Below the pieces are notes generated by a model. It made no database searches. It worked only from the letters and a program-made list of their open reading frames with translations, and was not told the origin of the DNA. 64,000 nt of DNA, taken from an uncultured Rikenella sp. (GTDB lineage: Bacteria; Bacteroidota; Bacteroidia; Bacteroidales; VadinHA17). Positions 9,047-19,478 of this stretch are shown here, in pieces (position 1 is the stretch's first letter; each line of letters starts with the position of its first letter). The stretch lies in contig CAZHTG010000005.1 of assembly GCA_964535795.1 (NCBI GenBank), forward strand, positions 13,328 through 77,327, given 5' to 3'. Both the position numbers and the translations under genes were made by a program.

Positions 9047-11374
9047 TTAATAAACAGCTACAATCCCCTGATTGTCCATATAATGTACAAAGATATCAGT
9101 GTATTCGGAATAGTAAAAGACAAAGTCGGCAATATCGCTGACAGGAAGCGAATAAAGGCCGCTCTTGCCATTTTGTGATGGCACGATCCATGAAATAATT
9201 CCAGGCAGTGATTCTGCATCATAGCTCTCTGAGTATCTCACCGCTGATGCCAGTATCACTGTTTTCTCTTCGGGAATCCTCTTAAAGCACAGGCTAAGGA
9301 ACCTGGTCTTTTCAAAGAGCATGGCAGCATCAGGCACAGTGCTGCTGATGATGGCAGATATCCTGTTCCTTGCCGGCTCAGGCAGCCTCGACTCAGCATC
9401 ACGGTACCATTCAGGGTTCAGCGTACGTATTGCTCTTGCACTCTCTTCCTGCAGCAGCTGACTGTTGCTGAAGAGATATGAAACCGCCAGCTCCCTTTCA
9501 ATGCCGCCCCATTCCGATGCAACCTTATGCAATGCGCAGGCCTTTGTCCATATGCCGGTTACATTCTGTTCCGAGGCAAGTATGAAGGAAGCCACTGAAC
9601 GGCCCTTTATCTCTCTGAGAGGATAGCAGAGGGAGAGTTCTGCGAGTCTGCCCCTGTCGGTGTGGTTGCCCAGCAGTGCCTTCAGCGGCTTAATCAGAGT
9701 TCCGGCAGCAACCGTGTCAAGTGCCTCGGCTGCAATCCCGGCACCGCATGCAGTACCATCACCGGAACATGATCCGATCATATCTGCCGCAGACTTGCCG
9801 ACAAGTAGTGTCATGAGCGACTTGATAAAGTCCGCGTTAACTGACCTCTCATGATCAAGGGCTGCTGACAGGATGAAATACCTGTTCCTCCTTGCCTCCA
9901 TCTCCAGCACTGTCAGCCTGGCAATTGTATGCACCGTCCCGTTAAGTATCTCCTCCACCTTCTCTCTCTGCTTACCCTGTGGCACGTATCCTTTACGGCA
10001 CAGGTACCCGGCAGCTTTAAGGCGGACATTCAGATGACCTGAGTCAATGAAACGGGTGAGGTATTGAAGCGCACCTGACAGAGGCATCATTTCAAGGAGC
10101 CTCATAATCATGAGGTTTTCCCTCTCAGTGTTTGTCGTCCTGAGCGCCGAGCCGATGATGTCGGCAAAGATATCAGGCCCGAAGTGCCGGAGCACGGAGA
10201 AGGCCTCCCTGGCCGTTTCATGATGGCTGAGAGCCTGCAACACCTCCCCGCGCAGTTCACTGATACCATATCTTCCTGCGGAGATGATTCCTGTCCGCCT
10301 GATCTCCGGATCTGCATCACCCATGAGTTTGACTATTTCCTGAACCTGTGGCTCCCTTCTGCTCAGCATGATACCCCGGGAAGTTGCGGCTTTCTCGGAA
10401 ATTCCGGGAAGCCGGAGCAGGTCTGTGTTTCTGACAGGATCAGAATAATATTTTTCAACATTGTTTATGACAGCCGCCGCCGCCTGCCTGACGTTTTCGC
10501 CGAAGCGGTTGCCCGAGGCAATGAGTCTGAGTGCAGGTAGGAGCGCCGGATCAAACAATTTGCCGGCGGTAGCCACAACCTCGGCGGCGTAAACTTCATC
10601 TGCATGGTTGCTCAGATAATCAAGCCGGCCGCTTGCCAGATCAAGGTGATGACCGGCAAACAGGAGGACGCTTCTGAACCCCTTTGCCGGAACTATGGAT
10701 TCCTCAGAACTCTCTTCGGCCATGTCTTGATGCGCCCTCGCTGCCAGCTTTACGGAAAGGGCATTCCTGAAGTCAACCGAAAGTATTATGCCGAGGATTA
10801 TCATCACAAGGGCATAGAGGGGAAGAAGCAGAACCAACCCCGGGAGCCGGAACCCGGTCAGCCATTTGAGGAGGATAATAACAAAAAATAATGCAGCGAT
10901 GGCTGTCATTGTTCTGGTTGTCAGACTCCCGGTCTTCTCCCGGAGTCCGCATCGTTCCTCAAGAAGGTGAAGTACGACAGCCATTGAAGGAAGCGTGACG
11001 ATAAGCATGAAGGCGAGGTAGAAAACGGCAGCAAGAGATGTGAACAGGGCGGAGAGCAGGTTCAGCGATTCCTTTCCGCTGATATCATACCAGATATAAA
11101 TGAGTGCGGCCGGAGCAGATAACATAAGGAGGGTAAAGGGTGACAGGAGCAGCTTGCCCTGCAACCTCAGATTCCTTACCAGGGGCAGGTAGTAACGATT
11201 TCTCATTAACAGCCCCAGTCCTGTTCCGGTAACTATCAGGATAAGAGTATAGATCAAGGGTGTGGACCTGAAAAGGGAGTGTTCCGTAATGACCTCCAGG
11301 ATGGTGACTGCCGTTGCCACCATCAGAGCCAGGGCTGACCAGAAGACCCACAAATAACCGGTTTTCACTGCCAT
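9047..11374 (-). CDS. polytopic membrane protein with cytoplasmic HEAT/ARM-like repeats (hypothetical)
   Basis: The first ~215 aa contain about six hydrophobic helices. The middle region has HEAT-like repeats (DADPEIRRTGIISAGRYG..., HLNVRLKAAGYLCRKG). The C-terminal ~110 aa form a soluble domain of unclear type. It ends 11 nt upstream of the STAND gene. Confidence 0.6.
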   Translation of the reverse strand: MAVKTGYLWVFWSALALMVATAVTILEVITEHSLFRSTPLIYTLILIVTGTGLGLLMRNRYYLPLVRNLRLQGKLLLSPFTLLMLSAPAALIYIWYDISGKESLNLLSALFTSLAAVFYLAFMLIVTLPSMAVVLHLLEERCGLREKTGSLTTRTMTAIAALFFVIILLKWLTGFRLPGLVLLLPLYALVMIILGIILSVDFRNALSVKLAARAHQDMAEESSEESIVPAKGFRSVLLFAGHHLDLASGRLDYLSNHADEVYAAEVVATAGKLFDPALLPALRLIASGNRFGENVRQAAAAVINNVEKYYSDPVRNTDLLRLPGISEKAATSRGIMLSRREPQVQEIVKLMGDADPEIRRTGIISAGRYGISELRGEVLQALSHHETAREAFSVLRHFGPDIFADIIGSALRTTNTERENLMIMRLLEMMPLSGALQYLTRFIDSGHLNVRLKAAGYLCRKGYVPQGKQREKVEEILNGTVHTIARLTVLEMEARRNRYFILSAALDHERSVNADFIKSLMTLLVGKSAADMIGSCSGDGTACGAGIAAEALDTVAAGTLIKPLKALLGNHTDRGRLAELSLCYPLREIKGRSVASFILASEQNVTGIWTKACALHKVASEWGGIERELAVSYLFSNSQLLQEESARAIRTLNPEWYRDAESRLPEPARNRISAIISSTVPDAAMLFEKTRFLSLCFKRIPEEKTVILASAVRYSESYDAESLPGIISWIVPSQNGKSGLYSLPVSDIADFVFYYSEYTDIFVHYMDNQGIVAVY

Positions 11375-11441
11375 AAAGGTTTTGACTTATCCCGGAATTG
11401 AAACAGACTCACTTATACAAGATATGATAAATAAATAAACA

Positions 11442-11969
11442 CTACAAATATGCTCCCCTGGATCTTACGAGGCCGGCAATGACTGAGGTCATCTCCTCTA
11501 CCGTATCGTTCATGCCGTCGACTACTGCATCAGCCTGTTCATACCATTCGGTCCTGCGGTCGAGCAGTTCCTGTACCCGTTCAGTCATGCCAGTCTCGCC
11601 GGCTCCCCGCAGCAGCGGTCGTTTCGTTCTTGATTTCAGCAGTCGTGATGCAAGCGCTCCGGCCGGCAGTTTCAGGTACACTATCACGCCTGTTGATTTC
11701 ATGATTTCCATGTTTTCAGCTGAGCAGGGTGTTCCCCCTCCGCAGGCAATGACTGTCCTTGTACGTTCTGATACGGTTCGCAGCGCCCTGATTTCTGCCT
11801 TCCTGAAATAGTCCTCTCCCTTCTGTTCAAACAGCTCCGGCACGGTGGACGCCTCCTGCTCTTCAACAACCCTGTCAGTATCGGCAAAGTGCCACTGGAG
11901 GCAAGAGGCGATCTTCCTTCCGGTGGAGCTCTTGCCACTGCCCATGAAGCCTATCAGGTAGATATTCAC
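11442..11969 (-). CDS. aroK: shikimate kinase
   Basis: Walker A GFMGSGKS, 175 aa, and an overall shikimate-kinase pattern (DTD, GGG). Confidence 0.9.
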   Translation of the reverse strand: MNIYLIGFMGSGKSSTGRKIASCLQWHFADTDRVVEEQEASTVPELFEQKGEDYFRKAEIRALRTVSERTRTVIACGGGTPCSAENMEIMKSTGVIVYLKLPAGALASRLLKSRTKRPLLRGAGETGMTERVQELLDRRTEWYEQADAVVDGMNDTVEEMTSVIAGLVRSRGAYL

Positions 11970-11975
11970 GATGAG

Positions 11976-14621
11976 CTAGAGATCTAATTTCATCTGGGCG
12001 GGGTCATCCGGCAGTGGTCCCTGCGGAGCAGGCCCAGGCTCCCCGGCTTCCTCTTCCAGGGGTGGCGGAGGTGCTGCTTCACTCTTCACCACCGGTTCAA
12101 GCTCCCTTATATCAGTTACACTGTAGTTTGAGAGTCTTTTACCCTTGGCGCGGAAGCTTTTGACTCCGATAAACTGTGCAACCTCAATGATCTCCTGCCT
12201 GCGTCCCTCATTCTTTCCTCCGAAGCTGATCTCGAGGCGCGGGTATTCGACCTCCGTAAGGCTGATGAGTTTTGATCCCTCGCTGTCGGATATAAAGCAC
12301 TGCAGCCTCTCTGACTCTTCAAAGACGAAACGCTTGACGTAATAGAAGCCCTGCTCCTGGTCCCAGTAAACGACAGAAAATATTTTTGCCTCCCTGTATT
12401 TCTCAATAAGGAGGAGGTCATCTTCAAAGTGAAGTGAAAGATCGGTCCCGGAGGTACGAAACCATCCACCCCTGGTGATGACAAGCAGCATATCTTCCGA
12501 AGCGAATTCACCGAGGAATCTGCCCCTGCCGTCGACATTCAGTCTCATCACTGCCTCATCAAACCACAGCTTGCGGCCTCCCAGTGTTGAGAGACCTTTC
12601 TCCTTGAGGGTTATCTTATGTATCGCATTCTTTGTCAGGATATTGCCCATTGATGCCCGGCCCTTGATGGCAAGTTCGCCGAAGTCAAAGTCAAAAGTGA
12701 GTTTCTTAAGTCTGGCGCGGGGCTTATGATATACCCTGATTACCTCAGCCTCACCGTTGGGATTGGCGCTGAGGTACAGGATACGTGTTCCGGCGGTTCC
12801 GCGCCCCAGGCTGTATTCCTTGTCGCGGGTCAGGCCTGTCAGTGCGCACCGTTTGACATAGCATGGCCCCTCGCGTCCATCCTGGTAAACTATATTGTAA
12901 ATGGTTCTGGCGTCATTTCTCAGGAAGACCTGAACGTGGATCACATCCTTTCCCACGAAGAGTTTCTCGGAGACCTTGGTGATGAGATAGGTTCCGTCTT
13001 TTCTTATAACGATGATGTCATCGAGGTCAGAACAATCACAGATGTATTCATCCTTGCGTAGTCCCGTACCGATAAATCCCTCCTGGCGGTTTACATACAG
13101 CTTCGCGTTGACCGCAACAACTTTAGAGGCCTCTATGGTTTCGAAGCTTCTTATCTCAGTGCGCCGCTCAACATTCTTTCCGTATTTTTTCTTTATCTGC
13201 CGGTAATAGTTGATGGTGTAGGGGATTATATTCCCAAGGTGGTTGATAACCTCCTCCAGTTCACCCTCAATGCCTTTGATATGTTCGTCTGCGCGAGAGG
13301 AATCATACTTTGATATGCGTTTGATCTTTATCTCCGTCAGCCTGACAATGTCATCACGGGTTATCTCTCTCTTGAAGAGCTTCTTATAGGGCTTGAGGCC
13401 TTTGTCGATGGCAGTTATCACTGCCTCCCAGGTCTCACTCTCCTCAATGTCACGATAGATTCTCTTTTCGATAAATATCTTCTCGAGTGAGGAGAAGTGC
13501 CACTCCTCTTCAAGTTCCGCCTTGCGTATCTCCAGCTCGCGTGTGAGGAGCTTCACGGTCTGGTCTACGGAGTGCCTGAGAATATCGCTGACACCTACAA
13601 ACGCAGGCTTGTTCTCATCGGTTATGACGCAGGCGTTGGGTGAAATCGAGAGCTCGCAGTCGGTGAATGCATAGAGTGCATCAATGGTCTTGTCGGGAGA
13701 GATGCCTGACTGAAGTTGTATAACTATCTCAACTCCTCCTGCCGTATTGTCATCTATCCTTTTAATCTTGATCTTGCCCCTGTCGCTGGCTTTGACGATT
13801 GACTCGATAAGCGAAGTGGTGGTACGGCCGAATGGCACCTCAGTTATCACCAGTCCCTTTTTGTCGACCTTTTCGATCCTTGCTCTGACCTTCACGGCGC
13901 CGCCCCTGGCTCCGTCATTGTATCTGCTGACATCTATCATCCCTCCTGTCGGGAAATCGGGATAGAGTATGAAAGGCTTGTGCTGGAGGTAGTTTATTGA
14001 GGCATCAATCAGCTCATTGAAGTTATGCGGGAGTATCTTGGATGCCAGTCCCACCGCGATGCCCTCAACCCCCATTGCCAGCAGGAGCGGGAACTTGACC
14101 GGGAGGGTGACAGGCTCTCTGTTGCGCCCGTCGTAGGAGCTCATCCACTCTGTGGTTTTGTTGTTAAAGGCAACCTCAAGAGCAAATTTTGACAGTCGTG
14201 CCTCAATGTAGCGCGGGGCAGCGGCACTGTCACCTGTAAGGATGTTGCCCCAGTTACCCTGTGCTTCCACCAGCAGATCTTTCTGGCCAAGCTGCACCAG
14301 GGCATCTCCTATTGAGGCATCACCGTGCGGGTGGAACTGCATGGTATGCCCGATGATGTTTGCCACCTTGTTGAAGCGGCCGTCATCCATGCGTTTCATC
14401 GAGTAGAGTATCCTGCGCTGAACAGGTTTCAGTCCGTCAGACATATGAGGCACGGCGCGCTCGAGAATAACATACGAAGCATAGTCCAGGAACCAGTCCT
14501 GGTACATGCCTGACAATGCCGTGACGGTATGCAGGGCTTCGGGGATACGACCGTTAGTCTTTTCTTTTGTCTCCCCGCCGTCATCGGCCGGGATTCCTTC
14601 CAAAGGATCACTCTCTTTCAT
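11976..14621 (-). CDS. parC: type IIA topoisomerase subunit A, topoisomerase IV ParC-like
   Basis: DGLKPVQRRILY and the catalytic-Tyr region AAPRYIEARL. It lies directly downstream of the B subunit, which is the ParE-ParC arrangement of Bacteroidota. It has a Pro/Glu-rich tail. Confidence 0.8.
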   Translation of the reverse strand: MKESDPLEGIPADDGGETKEKTNGRIPEALHTVTALSGMYQDWFLDYASYVILERAVPHMSDGLKPVQRRILYSMKRMDDGRFNKVANIIGHTMQFHPHGDASIGDALVQLGQKDLLVEAQGNWGNILTGDSAAAPRYIEARLSKFALEVAFNNKTTEWMSSYDGRNREPVTLPVKFPLLLAMGVEGIAVGLASKILPHNFNELIDASINYLQHKPFILYPDFPTGGMIDVSRYNDGARGGAVKVRARIEKVDKKGLVITEVPFGRTTTSLIESIVKASDRGKIKIKRIDDNTAGGVEIVIQLQSGISPDKTIDALYAFTDCELSISPNACVITDENKPAFVGVSDILRHSVDQTVKLLTRELEIRKAELEEEWHFSSLEKIFIEKRIYRDIEESETWEAVITAIDKGLKPYKKLFKREITRDDIVRLTEIKIKRISKYDSSRADEHIKGIEGELEEVINHLGNIIPYTINYYRQIKKKYGKNVERRTEIRSFETIEASKVVAVNAKLYVNRQEGFIGTGLRKDEYICDCSDLDDIIVIRKDGTYLITKVSEKLFVGKDVIHVQVFLRNDARTIYNIVYQDGREGPCYVKRCALTGLTRDKEYSLGRGTAGTRILYLSANPNGEAEVIRVYHKPRARLKKLTFDFDFGELAIKGRASMGNILTKNAIHKITLKEKGLSTLGGRKLWFDEAVMRLNVDGRGRFLGEFASEDMLLVITRGGWFRTSGTDLSLHFEDDLLLIEKYREAKIFSVVYWDQEQGFYYVKRFVFEESERLQCFISDSEGSKLISLTEVEYPRLEISFGGKNEGRRQEIIEVAQFIGVKSFRAKGKRLSNYSVTDIRELEPVVKSEAAPPPPLEEEAGEPGPAPQGPLPDDPAQMKLDL

Positions 14622-14640
14622 CTTCTGCCAAAATCTCCTC

Positions 14641-16491
14641 TCACACCTGCAGTGCCTCGGGGATCTCCTCCTCGACTCTCAGGTTGTCAATGATAAAATC
14701 CTGCCGCTCAGGGGTGTTCTTACCCATGAAGAACTCGAGGAACTGGATATAGGAATCGGCCTTTTTCATGATCACGGGCTCAAGTCGCATATCCTTGCCT
14801 ATAAAATGGATGAATTCGTCAGGTGAAATCTCTCCGAGGCCCTTGAAGCGGGTTATCTCAGGGTCAGGACCAAGATCCCTGATAGCCTTCTGCCGTTCCT
14901 CGTCAGAGTAGCAGTAACGGGTCGTCTTCTTGTTTCTCACCCTGAAGAGTGGTGTCTGGAGGATGTAGACATGGCCCTTTCTGACCAGGTCAGGAAAGAA
15001 CTGCAGGAAAAAGGTCAGCAGCAGAAGGCGTATATGCATTCCGTCAACATCGGCGTCAGTGGCTATCACCACATTATTGTAACGCAGGTCTTCTATTGAC
15101 TCTTCAATATTGAGTGCAGCCTGGAGAAGGTTGAATTCCTCGTTCTCATAGACTATCTTCTTGGTCAGCCCGTAGCAGTTCAGGGGTTTGCCCCTGAGGC
15201 TGAAGACAGCCTGTGTCTCCACGTTACGCGACTTAGTGATAGAGCCGCTGGCTGAGTCGCCCTCGGTAATGAACAGGGTTGAATCAAGCTTCCGCTCATC
15301 ATTCGAGTTGTAGTGGATGCGGCAGTCGCGCAGCTTGCGGTTATGGAGACTCACCTTCTTTGCCCTTTCACGGGCCAGCTTCTGTATTGAGCTGATGGCC
15401 TTGCGCTCCTTCTCCGAGTCCTGTATCTTCTTCAGCATTATCCGGGCCGTCTCGCCGTTCTTGTGCAGGTAATCGTTGAGGTGCTTGCGGATGAACTCAA
15501 CAATGAAGTTACGAACGGAAGGTCCTTCCGGGCCCATATCCTTCGATCCGAGCTTGGTCTTGGTCTGAGACTCGAAAATGGGCTCTTCGATCTTGACCGA
15601 AATGGCCGCTATGATTGATGACCGTATGTCTGAAGCATCGAAATCCTTTTTATAGAACTCCTTTACCGTCCTGGTAAGAGCTTCGCGGAACGCAATGAGG
15701 TGTGTTCCTCCCTGCGATGTGTGCTGCCCGTTGACGAAGCTGTAATAATCCTCGCCGTACTGCTCTCCGTGGGTGAGTGCAATCTCAATGTCATCGCCCT
15801 TGAGGTGTATTATGGGATATAGCCCCTCCTGGCTCATGTTGTCATTAAGAAGGTCAACCAGTCCGTTGCGCGAGATGATTTTGGTGCCGTTGAAATTTAT
15901 GATCATACCTGCATTGAGATATGAGTAGTTCTTCAACATGCTCTCAACGTACTCGGAGATGTAATGGCAGTTGCCGAACATGGCCTCATCAGGTACGAAT
16001 GTGACCTCGGTGCCGTTATCCTCCTTCGTTGGCCTGAGAGGTTCATCCCTGACAATCTCGCCTGCGCGAAACTCTATCTCCTTAAGCTGTCCTTCCCGGA
16101 CAGACCTGAGAATGAATGACGATGAGAGGGCATTGACCGCCTTGATACCCACACCGTTCAGCCCCACTGACTTCTTAAAGGCCTTCGAGTCATACTTGGC
16201 TCCGGTGTTCATGCGTGACGATACATCAAGCACCTTGCCAAGGGGAATACCGCGGCCAAAATCGCGAACCTTTACCTCCCTGCCGGTGATGTTTACGTCA
16301 ATCTTGCGGCCGTAACCCATCATGTACTCATCAACCGCGTTATCCATCACCTCCTTGAGCATGACGTATATTCCGTCATCGAGAGACGAGCCGTCACCCA
16401 GCTTGCCGATGTACATACCGGGACGCAGCCTGATATGCTCCTTCCACTCAAGGGTTCTGATGTTCTCTTCAGAATAATTACCGTCCATCAT
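14641..16491 (-). CDS. parE: type IIA topoisomerase subunit B, topoisomerase IV ParE-like
   Basis: [10 protein letters not shown], a GHKL ATPase region, the Toprim motif [10 protein letters not shown] and SLRGKPLN. I start it at the [12 protein letters not shown] (16491) rather than the ORF-track start at 16554, because a -7 box lies at 16505-16512. Confidence 0.8.
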   Translation of the reverse strand: MMDGNYSEENIRTLEWKEHIRLRPGMYIGKLGDGSSLDDGIYVMLKEVMDNAVDEYMMGYGRKIDVNITGREVKVRDFGRGIPLGKVLDVSSRMNTGAKYDSKAFKKSVGLNGVGIKAVNALSSSFILRSVREGQLKEIEFRAGEIVRDEPLRPTKEDNGTEVTFVPDEAMFGNCHYISEYVESMLKNYSYLNAGMIINFNGTKIISRNGLVDLLNDNMSQEGLYPIIHLKGDDIEIALTHGEQYGEDYYSFVNGQHTSQGGTHLIAFREALTRTVKEFYKKDFDASDIRSSIIAAISVKIEEPIFESQTKTKLGSKDMGPEGPSVRNFIVEFIRKHLNDYLHKNGETARIMLKKIQDSEKERKAISSIQKLARERAKKVSLHNRKLRDCRIHYNSNDERKLDSTLFITEGDSASGSITKSRNVETQAVFSLRGKPLNCYGLTKKIVYENEEFNLLQAALNIEESIEDLRYNNVVIATDADVDGMHIRLLLLTFFLQFFPDLVRKGHVYILQTPLFRVRNKKTTRYCYSDEERQKAIRDLGPDPEITRFKGLGEISPDEFIHFIGKDMRLEPVIMKKADSYIQFLEFFMGKNTPERQDFIIDNLRVEEEIPEALQV

Positions 16492-16504
16492 ACAAAATTT
16501 GGGG

Positions 16505-16512
16505 CAAATATA
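16505..16512 (-). promoter_or_regulatory. candidate -7 box (TAnnTTTG) for parE
   Basis: The minus strand reads TATATTTG, 14 nt upstream of the 16491 ATG. Confidence 0.35.
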
Positions 16513-16601
16513 AAGATTTACGCAAGGCGTTGTCAGCCGATTTATCAACAACACCGGTGAATTATTACCTTAAAATGCAGTATATCGGTCTCCTGCGGCT
16601 G

Positions 16602-17351
16602 TTACCGGGCATACCCGGGTTCGCTTCTCATCTCATCCATGGCGGTAACCATGAGCGAATGTACCCTGGCAGCAAGCTCTTCCGGGTCACCGGTTCCGAA
16701 CTGACCCGGGAAGATGGGATCCAGCACCCTGATCCTTACTATTCTGCGGCTTCCGAATATAAAACCTTTCTTGGGCAGGATCTCTCCTGTTCCGTCAATC
16801 AGCACCGGGAGCAGAGGCTTGTCAGTCTTTACCGCCAGCTGGAAGGCGCCTGTCTTGAACTTGCCTATGGCTCCCGTCAGTGACCTTGTGCCTTCGGGAA
16901 AGATCACCACTGAGATCCCATCCTGAAGAGATTCAACGCACTGCTCCATCATTTTTATGACGCTTGATTTGTTGCCACGGACCAGCTCGATGTATTTTAC
17001 CATCCTCATCTCCCATCCCAGCACGGGCACGCGGAAGACCTCGATCTTGGAAACCCATCTCAGCCTGTGACGGAGCATGTTGAAAAAGACAATGTCAAGC
17101 ATCGACTGGTGTGTCGGGACAATAACATAGGCCTGATCCTGATCAATCTTTTCACGGCCCTCGGTAATCACCTTCCAGAAGGGACTCATCTTTGTCACGA
17201 CTATCCCCTGGATAACCATCCACCTGTTGTTCATCAGCCTGCGGCTGTCAAAGGCCAGTGACAGCAGCCAGAGCATCAGTGCAACGGGAAAACCGAGGAG
17301 GACGAAGAGGATGCTCGAAAACCACACCCAGAGTGACTTTATTATATTCAT
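16602..17351 (-). CDS. plsC: 1-acyl-sn-glycerol-3-phosphate acyltransferase
   Basis: HQSMLD (HX4D) and FPEGTRS acyltransferase motifs, with an N-terminal TM helix. Confidence 0.85.
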   Translation of the reverse strand: MNIIKSLWVWFSSILFVLLGFPVALMLWLLSLAFDSRRLMNNRWMVIQGIVVTKMSPFWKVITEGREKIDQDQAYVIVPTHQSMLDIVFFNMLRHRLRWVSKIEVFRVPVLGWEMRMVKYIELVRGNKSSVIKMMEQCVESLQDGISVVIFPEGTRSLTGAIGKFKTGAFQLAVKTDKPLLPVLIDGTGEILPKKGFIFGSRRIVRIRVLDPIFPGQFGTGDPEELAARVHSLMVTAMDEMRSEPGYAR

Positions 17352-17896
17352 TGCTTAATGCTTTTATTCAGTTTTTCTGCAGCCCATGCAAGGCTTACAC
17401 CTGCGAGCAAGCCCAGCAGGGCGCCTCCGATAATATCGCCGGGATAATGCACTCCAAGGTAAATCCTTGAATAGGATACCAGCGCAGCCCAGACGAATAT
17501 TGACCATGAGTACCACCTCTTCTTCAGCAGTGGTGCGGTGAAGGCTGCCACCCCGAAGCTGTTGGCGGCGTGGCCCGAGACAAACCCGTACATTCCTGCA
17601 CAATAACCGTTGACCGTATGTACCATTCCGGCCAGGGCAGGCTCATGGCAGGGTCTGGGCCGTCCTATCAGGTCTTTGAGCAGGGTGGAACCCCGGTCGT
17701 CTATAAGAACCAGCACCGGCACCAGCATCAGGGGTATCCAAACCCTTTTACCGTACCTGCGGTAAACCATCCAGATAATTGCAAGGTACAGAGGTATCCA
17801 TACCGTCTTAAGGCTCAGGGTCCACATCACGTTATCAAAGAAGGGCGAGTGGAACGAATTCAGGAAGAGGAATATCTTCTGGTCCAGTTCAACCAT
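17348..17896 (-). CDS. PAP2-family phosphatase
   Basis: KDLIGRPRP, SGH and SRIYLGVHYPGD are the three PAP2 motifs. The protein is polytopic. Confidence 0.85.
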   Translation of the reverse strand: MVELDQKIFLFLNSFHSPFFDNVMWTLSLKTVWIPLYLAIIWMVYRRYGKRVWIPLMLVPVLVLIDDRGSTLLKDLIGRPRPCHEPALAGMVHTVNGYCAGMYGFVSGHAANSFGVAAFTAPLLKKRWYSWSIFVWAALVSYSRIYLGVHYPGDIIGGALLGLLAGVSLAWAAEKLNKSIKQ

Positions 17897-17898
17897 TA

Positions 17899-18891
17899 TC
17901 AGGTGTTTAATGCATTCCAGACAAGGTCCTTGAGGGTGGTGATACCTGTTCCGGTTATCGATGAGATGAATACCGCCGGTATCCCGTCCGGTAAAAGGGG
18001 CCGTATGGCATCGCGCAGCTCATCGTCAAGGAGGTCGCTCTTGGAGATTGCCATCACCCTGGGTTTGTCAAGCAGTTCGGGATTGTACTTCCTGAGCTCT
18101 TCAACCAGGATGTGATACTCATTTTTAATGTCATTGCAGTCGGCCGGGATCATGAAGAGCAGCACGGCATTACGCTCAATATGCCTGAGAAACCTGTGCC
18201 CCAGCCCCTTGCCTTCGGCTGCACCCTCAATGATACCCGGTATGTCAGCCATGACAAACGATTTGTCATCGCGGTAGCTTACAATGCCGAGGTTGGGGGT
18301 CAGTGTCGTGAACGGGTAGTTGTCTATCTTTGGCTTTGCGGCGCTGACAACAGAGAGCAGGGTTGACTTTCCCGCATTGGGGAAACCCACCAGTCCCACA
18401 TCAGCCAGCACCTTCAGCTCGAGGATAAACCACCCTTCGATGGAGGGCTCGCCGGGCTGTGCGAATCGAGGTGTCTGGAAGGTTGCCGACTTGAAGTGGG
18501 TATTGCCCAATCCTCCCCGGCCGCCCTTCACCAGTATTTTCTGCTCGCCATGGAGAGTGATCTCGAACAGTAGTTCGTTCGTCTCTGCGTCCCTGGCCAC
18601 CGTGCCGAGAGGTACATCAATGATGACATCCTCGCCGTCGGCACCGGTCTTCTGATTGGATGACCCAGCTCCTCCGTGACCGGCAAAGATATGCTTTCTG
18701 AATTTCAGGTGCAGGAGTGTCCATAGCTGTGAGTCACCCCTGAGGATGACATCTCCGCCCCTTCCTCCGTCGCCCCCGTCGGGTCCTCCCTTGGGTTTGG
18801 ATTTCTCGCGCCGGAGGTGTGCCGAGCCCGGGCCCCCTTTGCCTGAGCGTCCGAATATCTTTACATAGTCAACGAAGTTGGTATCGCTCAT
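17899..18891 (-). CDS. obg: GTPase Obg
   Basis: A Gly-rich Obg fold ([13 protein letters not shown]) and a G domain ([14 protein letters not shown]). Confidence 0.95.
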   Translation of the reverse strand: MSDTNFVDYVKIFGRSGKGGPGSAHLRREKSKPKGGPDGGDGGRGGDVILRGDSQLWTLLHLKFRKHIFAGHGGAGSSNQKTGADGEDVIIDVPLGTVARDAETNELLFEITLHGEQKILVKGGRGGLGNTHFKSATFQTPRFAQPGEPSIEGWFILELKVLADVGLVGFPNAGKSTLLSVVSAAKPKIDNYPFTTLTPNLGIVSYRDDKSFVMADIPGIIEGAAEGKGLGHRFLRHIERNAVLLFMIPADCNDIKNEYHILVEELRKYNPELLDKPRVMAISKSDLLDDELRDAIRPLLPDGIPAVFISSITGTGITTLKDLVWNALNT

Positions 18892-18894
18892 CAG

Positions 18895-19470
18895 CTATAT
18901 CACCGTTTCTATATGAGTGCAGAGCCTGTTGAAGATATCTTCTATCGAGCCCACACCGTCAACAATCCTCGACACTCCGTTCTTCCTCCCGTACTCAATG
19001 ACAGGTTCGGTCTTGGCGCGGTAGACGGCTATACGGTTGTTGATTACTGACTCATCTGCATCATCAGCTCTTCCTGATACCATGGCCCTCTTCTTCATGC
19101 GGTCGGTGAGTTCGGCATCATTGACCTCAAGCACAAGCATGAGGTCTATCCTCATGCCCCTCTCCTCCAGCATCTGCTCCAGCGCCCCGGCCTGTTCAAC
19201 AGTACGCGGGAATCCGTCGAAGACAAAACCTGCTTTACCCGTGGTGGCATCGATCTTCTGTGCTATCATGGATATCACAACATCATCGGGCACGAGTTCG
19301 CCTGCCGCCATGATGGCTTCCATTTTCTTCCCGAGCTCCGTAGCTGCGGCCAGCTCAGCCCTGAGCATATCCCCGGTTGAGAGATGAAGCATGTTATATT
19401 TTTCGGCGAGGGTCACCGACTGCGTTCCCTTACCCGATCCGGGAGGGCCGAACATAAGCACATTTATCAT
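18895..19470 (-). CDS. adk: adenylate kinase
   Basis: GPPGSGKGTQ P-loop, 191 aa. Confidence 0.95.
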   Translation of the reverse strand: MINVLMFGPPGSGKGTQSVTLAEKYNMLHLSTGDMLRAELAAATELGKKMEAIMAAGELVPDDVVISMIAQKIDATTGKAGFVFDGFPRTVEQAGALEQMLEERGMRIDLMLVLEVNDAELTDRMKKRAMVSGRADDADESVINNRIAVYRAKTEPVIEYGRKNGVSRIVDGVGSIEDIFNRLCTHIETVI

Positions 19471-19478
19471 TTAAAAAG

